Shown in pieces: positions 14,201-58,839 of a stretch of 64,000 nucleotides of DNA. Under the pieces are notes generated by a model that was given only the letters and a program-made list of their open reading frames with translations, did no database searches and had not been told where the DNA came from. The DNA lies in NCBI GenBank assembly GCA_048128005.1, contig JBEUKZ010000122.1, positions 62,001 to 126,000 on the forward strand. Direction: 5' to 3'. A program made the translations under genes and the position numbers. Position 1 is the first letter of the stretch. Every line of letters begins with the position of its first letter. This stretch comes from Veleropilina oligotropha. Lineage: Eukaryota.

Positions 14201-17200
14201 ATTAATATAAATACGTCAGTTACATTTTTAACGTAATGCAGTAAATCTAATGTCGACTTTCCTGCAGTTTAATTTAATCAATAAAAATGACACTAAAAGC
14301 ATTTAGAGGTAACTACGGTCACTGCAAAAAAATAATTTTAGGTAGGCTAGATATCCAGAAGTGTTAATTTATTATTTAAATATAGATCTGTTGTTTATTT
14401 GTTATACTAAAATAAAAGTATTTTTTTAATTTGCATTTAAGTATCGATAAGAAATTTAAAAAATGTTGGCTTTCAGCTACCTTCAAGCTTTATCGGATTA
14501 CCGGTACTAATCTCAGAGTTAATTCTGACACAGACACTGATTATCGCTAACTAAGTGATTAGTGTTAACGGAGCGATGGGTCCTACATATATTCTAACTG
14601 GAAGTTAGAGTATTATTGCATGCAATAACTCCGACCAACAACATTATGTCTTACGATTGTGTTTCTTGCAAGCGGCGAGTTGGACCAAGGCAGGAGTCAA
14701 AGATTTGTGTCTTCTGCAGAAACAACAAAGAACCACTTTCAGTTGACGGCAGTCATGTCTTAAAGGATGTGCAGGGAAACACGAAGTGTCCAATATTGGG
14801 AAGATATACATGACCGATATGCGGTGCTTCCGCAGAAAATGCGCCCACGATAAAATATTGCCCTGTGAATGAATCGCTAAACAATAACTTACTTTCGGGA
14901 CATGGTTTGTTACGATAAGTGCTACGAATGTGTATATATGCAGAAATAATTTATTTCCACTTTGTAAATAAAATATGTGCATTATAACATGTGTTTTGTT
15001 TCAATTATCTCTCCACATATAGCGCGCTACAACATGCTCTCGGTCTACATTTTAGCTGCAGCTACGTTTGTAAAGTATTACTCACTAAACGCCTAACGCG
15101 ATTACTGTTCATATGTTTCAATAATGTATCTTCATATTCAATTTATCCAGTAAAATTCAAATGTCCTTCAATATCAATGTTGTATTTTAAATTGTTCATT
15201 GAATCCCACGAATTCGGGAATCGAATATTCATAATCTATTTAAATACATTTGTTTGGGTTTAGAAAGAATATTGATTCTACTACATTACTAGACGGTTGT
15301 ACCATTCATCTACATCCCGACGTAATAAAAAGTGCTTTCTACCGTCTACTCGTGACATGCTTATATAAAGCTTGCATCTGTGCCGCCTGGTTTATCCGAA
15401 AACGTAACTACATGTACTAGAAACGTTGTCTTTTCATGTAGACATTTTAGATATTTGATTCATATCACCTCTTATCCATCTCAAATAATATGCTCTTGGT
15501 CCATCTACATATGCCATGGCAATTTTCTCAATTCGTCCATCAATTTTGTAACTGCCTTGGAATTTGTTCTGGGATTTGGATATCATTTGCATGATATGAA
15601 CTACATACTTGAATTGTGAAAATCAAGTTTATATTTTGTGGAAAAATAAAATCGAATGAATAATAATATTAAAGTTCATAGTATGATTTTGTATATAACA
15701 TTAGATTCTTAAAACAAGTGTCTAATGCGCTGTTGGAAAACCTTATTTATGACAACACAAACATTGCATGTAAAACATGGGTGATTCTAAAGTATATATT
15801 AGTTACACACATGAGTCGGTTGCGTTTGGCTTTCATCTCTTGAAATATTTAATGTCATTTACAAATAGTCGTTTTTTTAATGTTTCGATGTATTTTGGGA
15901 AATAACCTTCCATAAAAGCTAAGCTAAATATCACGCATGCATGGATATTTATCGCTATCTAAATGAACATGCAATCACATTTGATTGAGCATTTCCGACA
16001 TGGGAAAGGGTTGGTATGTTAATAATAATTAAATAAACCTGTTTCTTCCCTATTTCCGTATGTTGTCCATTACATAACATAGTGACGTTTCCGCAAACAT
16101 AACATTGAGCAATGCATAAAAATGTGAATTAGTGTTGATGGTATCAGTGCTAAAAACATAATTGATCGAATACTGTGGAGGATATGTTTGAACCAGCTAG
16201 TTCCATGGTGAAGGTTACAACTGATAAGCACTCAGATCATCATCTTCCTACGGCGTCACGATCGGTCGAGGGAACTTTAGTTCGCATTTGCAACCGTGCA
16301 CGATCAAAGATGAGACCAGATGACCCAACAGATTTTTCGTTTGAGGTATGTAAACTACTTTACTATTCACTATGCTATGCAACAAGTAAGATATAATTTA
16401 TTTTCTTTCGCCAGTAATTTGGAGAAACAATATCGTACATTATTACAACCTTTGATGTGTGTCATTCATAACCCTTTTTAAAGGCCATTGTTGTGTTTTT
16501 AGGTAGACAAGGAATATATCGAATCAAGCAGCCCCGAGGAATTCTTCAGAGCAGACGTTTCTGTCCACAACAAACGACACTTTATCTTCGCAACTGAAAA
16601 GCAGTTACATATCCTCGGTGACGCAAAAACCTGGTATATAGATGGAACATTTAAAGTCGTGAAGAAACCATTCTATCAACTATTATCAATTCACGCTTTT
16701 ATTAAATCTGGAGACGATTTGAAGCATGTGCCACTCTGCTACTGCTTAATGTCTGGAAAGAAGAAAAGAGACTACAAGAAGGTAATTTAAACATTTTCTA
16801 TTTAGTCCTTTCAGAATATATATGTATTCTGTCTGTATCTGTATCAGTACGTTGTAGAATCCAATAATGGCATTATGACAACGGATGAGAGAGCGCATGA
16901 AAATTTTTGTTTAATTGTTCTGTACACTGAGGGCCGCTTTGAAGGCCTCAGGTTTATTTAATATCATGTAAAACACCTTCCACTTTCAGATTGGCTATAT
17001 AAATATTACATACTAATTTCTGCTATCTTTTTGTAGGTTTTCGCTGAAATTCTCAAACTTTTACCAAAGACATCAGTAAAATCGTTCGTGGTGGATTTCG
17101 AGAGCGGTCTCTGGCAAGGCCTCAGATCCGTTTTTACTGACCCTGAAATCCACGGATGCAGCTTTCATTTTGGACAGGCCCTATGGAGGAAGGTGCAGGA

Positions 17201-18696
17201 AAATGGACTGCAGGCAATGATTTATCTTACTTATTTGGTCATTCATGTCCTGATGTGTATTTCATGTTTTCATATTGTATCATTAAATGAAAAGTTTACA
17301 AATACCATCATTATATCATTGTTTTAAGATAATAAATGAAACATCTATTTTGTGATAATAATATGAAATATTTCGTTATTTTCATTAATGTAGTTATAAA
17401 TATCACTTACTTATTTATTGCTATCTGTTTTCAGGTCGCCTATACCAGCAGGGACGAAGTCCACAAACTTATAAGAAAGGTGTTTGCGTTACCGTTCCTG
17501 CCCGCAGGAGACATACCGGTGGCATTTCGTGCCATTGAAAGAAAAGTAGCACAAGACGCAACCGAAGTCCAATCCTTCATGGGATACGTCAAGACCACCT
17601 GGCTACAGAATTCGACCTGGGATATAGAATCGTGGTCCGTTCATGGACGAAGCATCCGAACCAACAACGATGTCGAAGGATGGCATAACCGATTAAATAA
17701 ACGTACCAAGAAAGGAAATTTGCCTATGTATCTCCTCATCTCACTCCTGTATTCCGAAAGTAGTCAACTGCCTACCCAGGTGAAGATGATCAGCGAATGA
17801 AAGCTACGACGGAAACAAAGCAAGCGAACGAGGACTACAACAGCGAAAGTCAACGACCTCTGGATAAAGTATTCACAGAAGACTATCTCCACCAGTAAAT
17901 TGTTAAAAGAATGCGCAAAATTGTATGCACCATATTAATAACATAAAACTATTAACTGTCACATGTATTTTAGTCATATTATATTGTAAATAATTATAAC
18001 TATGTATTAGGGCCGATGTATTATTAATATTATAATATTCTGTTAGGCATTACATTTTTATGACATGTTATTGTAGCATGCTTTAGACTCGTGATATAAA
18101 TTAGTATACACTACTCTAAATATTCATTATTATTACGTTGTATTAATTTGTTATTCTAAAATACGGGTCCGGGTAAGCCAACGTGAATATCCGAGTCAAC
18201 CAAGTGAAGGTCCGAGTAAGCCAACGAGAAGGTCCGAGTAAGCCAACGAGAAGGTCCGAGTAAGCCAACGAGAAGGTCCGAGTCAGCCAGAAAATATCAG
18301 GGTCCGAATGAGCCAAGGTCCGAATGAGCCGACTACCGATGTGATTATCTGACTGCTCGTCACTAAGGTAGCACCTGCAGTATTTTAGATTTGTAGACCG
18401 TTCTCCTTAATTTAGACAAACCGTCTCATCGGAAAGAGACGTCAAACAGTGATCCTGATTGTTGTGACCGAAAACCTGTTAAAATCGTAGTAAAACAGGA
18501 ATTGCATCAACAAACTAATTTTTTTATAATCTTTTGTTGGGCCGCTTGTGAACACTAGGACAGGCTGTGTTTATGACCTAATTCACCTGGGACCCTGAAA
18601 TCCATACATCCACTTCAGATTTCATTACAATGGCGAACTAGTTACAACCATGAAATTGTTATAGATAAAATGTAGTATTTTACCAGATTTAGACAT
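11263..18696 (-). CDS. DAZAP2: DAZ-associated protein 2-like; coding exons (minus) 18684-18696, 13827-13901, 12517-12731, 11940-12083, 11263-11394
   Basis: Exons join in frame through GT-AG sites: [19 protein letters not shown].../[12 protein letters not shown]...PPPAYTA/SPHG...[63 protein letters not shown]. The GFDAGARF...IPPPPPG...QGANV...GG.GGYT.W C-terminus is the DAZAP2 signature. The 13-nt first exon is least certain. Confidence 0.88.
12938..13437. mobile_element. TIR MITE with 6-bp TSD
   Basis: CAGGGCCAGCGCCGC / GCGGCGCTGGCCATG; TSD GATCAA. Confidence 0.75.
13506..13748. repeat. Tandem duplication of about 121 bp
   Basis: GATCACTACAAGCCATCCTATAAAAGCATG...GATGGGGTCATGA occurs twice. 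Confidence 0.85.
14646..14918 (+). pseudogene. nanos: nanos-like (CCHC)2 zinc-finger ORF, 90 codons, degenerate
   Basis: [35 protein letters not shown][TGA][10 protein letters not shown][P]-TIKY-C-P gives the exact Nanos spacing C-X2-C-X12-H-X10-C-X7-C-X2-C-X7-H-X4-C. Cys->TGA at 14811 and His->Pro (CCC) at 14844. Confidence 0.9.
16175..17938 (+). pseudogene. MULE transposase, spliced, 5'-truncated, one premature stop; exons about 16175-16345, 16503-16781, 17037-17213, 17435-17938
   Basis: Motifs [41 protein letters not shown] (CxxH) and [11 protein letters not shown] define the MULE DDE domain. In-frame TGA at 17798; third intron has a GC donor at 17214; no FLYWCH N-terminus seen. Confidence 0.88.
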
Positions 18697-19707
18697 TTTT
18701 CCTCCGCTAGAACCTATGTTGTCTGTGTTTAGAGATAACTTCGTGTGAAATATAAAATCAATGTCAGGAGACGATGAAACTAGGATATGACGTAGCGTGT
18801 AAACACAGGAAAGGGACATAAGGCAGGGCAATCTACAATCGTCATCAAACAGTAATTAAAATGTTAACGAATAATTCACTTTGTTGTGTGATTTAATTCC
18901 ATTTGTTACATGTTTAATGAAGAAACAATGCTGTCATTTATAACGTCCAACTGCATAAAGTTTCATTTTCTTTGTTTATTTGTTATCGGTGTCCATGCAC
19001 TGCAGCCCCCTGGTAGCGGAATGCTTTTACAAAGGGAGATAACGATAATCGGGAAAATATTAAAAGTTTTCATTACATTTGTTCGAGAACAGAAAACGTA
19101 TCTTTAAGCGTGGTATTTAAATATCAAATATTTATGGAATTTTAACGTATTATTGTTCTTATAAACGTCACTCGTAAGTACTAAACGTACATCTGGTTAG
19201 CACTTATGACATTATTGTATTGTAAGTAGAATTTTGGTTATTTCCTGAAAACGGAATCCGCCATTTTGTTTTAGATTTTCGCTGAAGATCATAATAGTAC
19301 ATTAATTTTGAAAGTATAACATTGTTAAAACCAAGTAAACACACGTTCTTTACAATTTAATACTCATTCAACAGCACCTAACATAAACATTGTTAAGAAC
19401 GTCAATTTCCATTAATTATATATGTATTTTAAATCGATTTTTACAAAATGTCAGGATGGCCAGTCACATGAGTTATAGTCATTTAACGGTTACGTAGCCA
19501 TATTTACGAGGATTATACAAGTGAGATGATCTCCATCTGTAGGTAGACTGCATAATTCTGCAGTGTTCAGATGTGCAATATTGCATATCACATGTCGACA
19601 ATTGATACAAAGGCACTCTTTTCTCGGCCCATTTATGACTGAAATATTGTTGGCGTTGTCGCTAAACATCAAATCAATCTAGCCTGTATTTATTTTTCTT
19701 AGCAAGC
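18697..19707. promoter_or_regulatory. Putative bidirectional promoter / 5'UTR region between DAZAP2-like and CUL1
   Basis: Start codons are about 1 kb apart and divergent. YY1-type CCGCCATTTTG at 19258-19268; CTCF-like CTACCAGGGGGCTG (minus) near 19002-19015; acceptor TTTTCTTAG 5 nt before the CUL1 ATG implies an upstream non-coding exon. Confidence 0.55.
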
Positions 19708-53679
<33,972 letters not shown>

Positions 53680-53684
<5 letters not shown>

Positions 53685-55720
53685 GTGGGTAATGCTTGCA
53701 CCGGGATGGCTGTGTGAAGGGTAGGCACACGGAACCGCTGCAGGTGGGTAATGCTTGCACCGTGATGGCTACAGATGTGAAGGGTAGGCACACGGAACCG
53801 CTGCAGGTGGGTAATGCTGGCACCGGGATGGCTGTGTGAAGGGTAGGCATACGGAACCGCTGCAGGTGGGTAATGCTGGCACCGTGATGGCTGTGTGAAA
53901 GGTAGGCATACGGAACCGCTGCAGGTGGGTAATGGTGGCACCGTGATGGCTACAGATGTGAAGGGTAGGCACACGGAACCGCTGCAGGTGGGTAATGCTG
54001 GCACCGTGATGGCTGTGTGAAGAGTAGGCACACGGAACCGCTGCAGGTGGGTAATGCTGGCACCGTGATGGCTACATATGTGAAGGGTAGGCATACAGAA
54101 CCGCTGCAGGTGGGTAATGCTGGCACCGGGATGGCTGTGTGAAGGGTAGGCATACGGAACCGCTGCAGGTGGGTAATGCTGGCACCGTGATGGCTACAGA
54201 TGTGAAGGGTAGGCACACGGAACCGCTGCAGGTGGGTAATGGTGGCACCGTGATGGCTACAGATGTGAAGGGTAGGCACACGGAACCGCTGCAGGTGGGT
54301 AATGCTGGCACCGTGATGGCTACAGATGTGAAGGGTAGGCATACGGAACCGCTGCAGGTGGGTAATGCTGACACCGTGATGGCTACAGATGTGAAGGGTA
54401 GGCATACGGAACCGCTGCAGGTGGGTAATGCTGGCACCGTGATGGCTACAGATCTGAATGGTAGGCATACGGAACCGCTGCAGGTGGGTAATGCTGACAC
54501 CGTGATGGCTACAGATGTGAAGGGTAGGCATACGGAACCGCTGCAGGTGGGTAATGGTGGCACCGTGATGGCTACAGATGTGAAGGGTAGGCACACGGAA
54601 CCGCTGCAGGTGGGTAATGGTGGCACCGTGATGGCTACAGATGTGAAGGGTAGGCATACGGAACCGCTGCAGGTGGGTAATGGTGGCACCGGGATGGCTG
54701 TGTGAAGGGTAGGCACACGGAACCGCTGCAGGTGGGTAATGCTGACACTGTGATGGCTACAGATGTGAAGGGTAGGCATACGGAACCGCTGCAGGTGGGT
54801 AATGGTGGCACCGTGATGGCTACAGATGTGAAGGGTAGGCATACGGAACCGCTGCAGGTGGGTAATGCTGGCACCGTGATGGCTACAGATGTGAAGGGTA
54901 GGCACACGGAACCGCTGCAGGTGGGTAATGCTGACACCGTGATGGCTACAGATGTGAAGGGTAGGCACACGGAACCGCTGCAGGTGGGTAATGGTGGCAC
55001 CGTGATGGCTACAGATGTGAAGGGTAGGCATACGGAACCGCTGCAGGTGGGTAATGGTGGCACCGGGATGGCTGTGTGAAGGGTAGGCACACGGAACCGC
55101 TGCAGGTGGGTAATGCTGGCACCGTGATGGCTACAGATGTGAAGGGTAGGCATACGGAACCGCTGCAGGTGGGTAATGCTGGCACCGTGATGGCTACAGA
55201 TGTGAAGTGTATCCACATAGAACCGCTGCAGGTGGGTAATGCTGGCACCGTGATGGCTACAGATGTGAAGGGTAGGCACACGGAACCGCTGCAGGTGGGT
55301 AATGCTGGCACCGGGATGGCTGTGTGAAGAGTAGGCACACGGAACTGCTGCAGGTGGGTAATGCTGGCACCGTGATGGCTACAGATGTGAAGGGTAGGCA
55401 TACGGAACCGCTGCAGGTGGGTAATGCTGGCATGTGAAGGGTAGGCACACGAAACCGCTGCAGGTGGGTAATGCTGACACCGTGATGGCTACAGATTGAA
55501 GGGTAGGCGTACGGAACCGCTGCAGGTGGGTAATGCTGGCACCGTGATGGCTACAGATGTGAAGGGTAGGCATACGGAACTGCTGCAGGTGGGTAATGCT
55601 GGCACCGTGATGGCTGTGTGAAGAGTAGGCACACGGAACTGCTGCAGGTGGGTAATGCTGGCACCGTGATGGCTACAGATGTGAAGGGTAGGCACAAAGA
55701 ACACCCTTCAGGTTGGTAAT
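53680..55720. repeat. 63/59-bp minisatellite containing the CUL1 exon-14 splice donor, about 33 copies
   Basis: Unit CCGCTGCAG|GTGGGTAATGCTGGCACCGTGATGGCTACAGATGTGAAGGGTAGGCAYACGGAA; a shorter diverged version continues at 56130-56500. Confidence 0.95.
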
Positions 55721-55823
55721 TCTGCCACAGTACCTGTCACGCTAGCATTGGGAGGGTTGACCGTTACAGGTTAGTAATGCTGACAATATTAATGTGAGGG
55801 CTAACTGCTGCCCACTGTAGGTG

Positions 55824-56127
55824 CAGGGTTCGTACGCGTCCTCAAAAACCTGGATTTTTATTATTGTCTGGGAAGGTCCTTGAAAAGCCTGGAATTTACT
55901 AATAATGTCATGGAATGTCCTGGAAAATCAAATTTATCTTGTGTCAAAAACTTCATGTAATTTAATTTTTGTATTACTTTATGTAAAATATTATGACAAT
56001 ATAACAAATTTAAATGCGATGAATGATTGTCCCAGACTCACAAATGTCCTGGAATAACCTGGAATTTCAACAAATCATATCCTGGAAAGTCCTTGAATTT
56101 TGTCAAAACTCAAGTGCTAGAACCCTG
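55824..56127. mobile_element. hAT-like MITE splitting the junction-derived minisatellite
   Basis: CAGGGTTC / GAACCCTG TIR; repeated CCTGGAA subterminal motifs. Confidence 0.6.
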
Positions 56128-56507
56128 TTAAGGTGCTTAATGCTGACACTAAGGGCTACCGCTGCTGTAGGCGGGTAATGCTGACACTATGAGGGCTAAC
56201 CGCTACAGGTTATAATGCTGACACTAAGGGCTACCGCTGTAGGCGGGTAATGCTGACACTATGAGGGCTAACCGCTACATGTTGCAGGTTATAATGCTGA
56301 CACTATGAGGGCTAACCGCTACATTTTGCAGGTTATAATGCTGACACTGGGAGGGCTAACCGCTACATTTTGCAGGTTATAATGCTGACACTGGGAGGGC
56401 TAACCGCTACATGTTGCAGGTTATAATGCTGACACTATGAGGGCTAACCGCTACATTTTGCAGGTTATAATGCTGACACTAACCGCTACCCGCTGTAGGA
56501 CTGTATG

Positions 56508-56767
56508 AGGAGGAGGAATGATGCTTAATGTCCTGTATATTTACAACATCGAGGTTCAAGGCAGGGCATGTCCGTGTTATCGCGGGAGGAAACCCCGGTC
56601 GCCCAGGTAAACCCGCCCTCTTCGGCCAGTCACGGACAACTGTGATTCATAACTTGAACAAATGTCAATGCCTCAGCCAGGTATTGAACCCACTACTGTT
56701 CGCATTAGCGGAATCAAGCCAGTGAATTTAGAGTGGGAACTCTACCCACTGCGCTGCCGAAGCGGCC
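56508..56767 (-). mobile_element. SINE family A
   Basis: Reverse copy; TSD GTAGGRCTGTATGA. Confidence 0.85.
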
Positions 56768-56996
56768 ACGTAGGGCTGTATGAACAACGTGCACTGAAGT
56801 ATTTTCATACAAGCAAAAGCTATGAAACAAATAGGTCCGAAGTTTATCTTTCAATTGTTAAGCGGTAGTTTCGCGGGACTAAAAGCTTTGTTGAGGTACT
56901 AGTCTGTCGGGTATCCCCTGTTGTGTGTTTTCTGAAATTATGGCCACCTAATCAACAATTTATAATAGCTATGAATTTACTGACAGTGATGGCTGA

Positions 56997-58421
56997 GGCC
57001 GCTTTGGCAGCGCAGTGGGTAAAAGTGTCCAATCTAAATTCACTGGCTTGATTCATACATGTGATACCTCCCGCCGGGAGTATATTTCTCCCGAAATCGG
57101 CACCCCCAAAATGGCCTACTCCCGAAATGACAGAAATCTCCCGAAATGACAAATTCCTACCGGAATATCTTGATTTCTCCCTCAAAGCTACAGTATTTTC
57201 GCAATGTTATTTCTTATCCGCAATACTGTTGGAGTTGGTAAACGGAACTCGTTTAATAAGTCGTCAACTCGTCAAATACAGTAGATGCTGTAACAATATA
57301 CCCCTACATACATTATAAAGATTATTGTCAAAATATTCGTTTGATATGCCGTTTAACACAAACACTCAGCGTTCTTTTGTTGAAACATTGAAGCGTGCTT
57401 TTGTGTTGATACTGTAGCGCAGTAATTTCGGGAACTGCTTACGGAAATATACGAGTGTTTTCGGACTTGCATATCTCTTTATATTGCGTTACAAAATAAT
57501 CTCGCACCGGGTATTTAAATTTCTACTATTTAATACGAAGATAATTTTCGAATCAACGTTGTGATCTATTTGATGTAGGCCCGTAGTTCACAATGAATTA
57601 GATGTCAATAGAGCTAATAAACCAAGTTAATTGGGAATAAATTCTATGAAAACGTCTATTGGCGGTTTCATCAAGTGTTTCAGTAGAGTTGCCAAATAAT
57701 AGGGATTAGCGCAACTGACATGCTCTGAGCTCGAGTGATTTAATACAAGTTCGCGTTTATCGGCAAAATACATAGCTATTAGGCCTAACCGCAAAGGTTA
57801 TCTTGATTGTCGGCAAGAAATTTTAAAAATATAAAAGGATTAACGATAATCGGCTGTTTTATGTTTAATTTTGTTATGACAACATATGTTACTATGCTGA
57901 TCAAGTAATTAAGGCTGTGCATGTTGTACTTGACTGAAGATAACTATATAATAATCATTGTAAATATTTACGGTTGTATTATATAATTATTTTATGGTGT
58001 TTAATATATATTTAATTATAATATTTATTGGTATTGTTTTGATTGCATAAATAAAATAATATTTCATTTCTATGAATGCCTTTTTATTCAAATAATTTCA
58101 AATATATGACGAAATCGACGATAAAATGCTGCGATAAAAATACTTCTGGAATCTCCTGGAATATTGACCCCAACCTCCTGGAATGGTATTTTGGGTTTAT
58201 CACATGTATGTTGATTCTGCTAATGCGAACAGTGGTGGGTTCAATACCTGGCTGAGGCATTGACATTTGTTCAAGTTGTGAATCACAGTTGTCCGCGACT
58301 GGCCGAAGAGGGTGGGTTTACCCGGGCGACCGGGGTTTCCTCCCGCGATAACATGGACATGTCCTGCCTTGAACCTCGATGTTGTAAATATACAGGACAT
58401 TAAGCATCATTCCTCCTCCTC
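56997..58421 (+). mobile_element. SINE family A, split by the 57054-58210 element
   Basis: Head 56997-57053, body 58211-58421; TSD CAGTGATGGCTGA. Older diverged copies at about 26170-26395 and 43330-43590 (minus). Confidence 0.85.
57054..58210. mobile_element. 1157-bp TIR element inserted in a SINE
   Basis: 13-bp perfect TIR CATACATGTGATA; 6-bp TSD TTGATT; removing it restores the SINE. A related right end finishes at 25483. Confidence 0.88.
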
Positions 58422-58839
58422 CAGTGATGGCTGACCAGATTCAATTTCGATCTGGGCTGTAGTAGTCGAATGATTATGGGATATAGTGTTGTTGGTGCGA
58501 GGTTTTATTAGGCCCCGCAGGGAGGCCTATAGTGATCACCTTTTCCGTCCGTCCGTCCTTCCGTCCGTCCGACCTGCACATTCTTTCATTTGCTCAATCT
58601 TAAGGTTAAGGTCCCAGGTTAAAGTTTCTTTTGCGCAATCTGCTGATGTGGCAAAGTATAAATAATAGACAATAAATAAATCAAGAAGAGTAGGTACTCA
58701 ACTACTATTAATAGGCTTTACTTAATGGAATTTGATTCAAATTACCTTGGTTAAGGTTCCATTGGGATTAATTATGATTTTTAAATATAAACAACTTTAT
58801 TGAATGTCGTCGACCACTTGTTTAATTATTATTTTTATT

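Larger units (their letters stand above)
14108..18337 (+). mobile_element. Mutator/MULE DNA transposon (4.2 kb) in a DAZAP2-like intron, carrying nanos-like cargo
   Basis: Imperfect TIRs built from repeated GGCTKACTCGGACC / GGTCCGAGTMAGCC subterminal motifs (14108-14175, about 18165-18337). Degenerate 8-bp TSD GATGCGAC / GATGTGAT. Internal MULE transposase. Confidence 0.85.

Noticed and set aside
14646..14918. The host's functional nanos gene, or a functional link to the surrounding DAZ-associated gene
   Set aside because: Stop codon and lost His ligand, and it lies inside transposon termini; location in DAZAP2-like is most simply a chance insertion.
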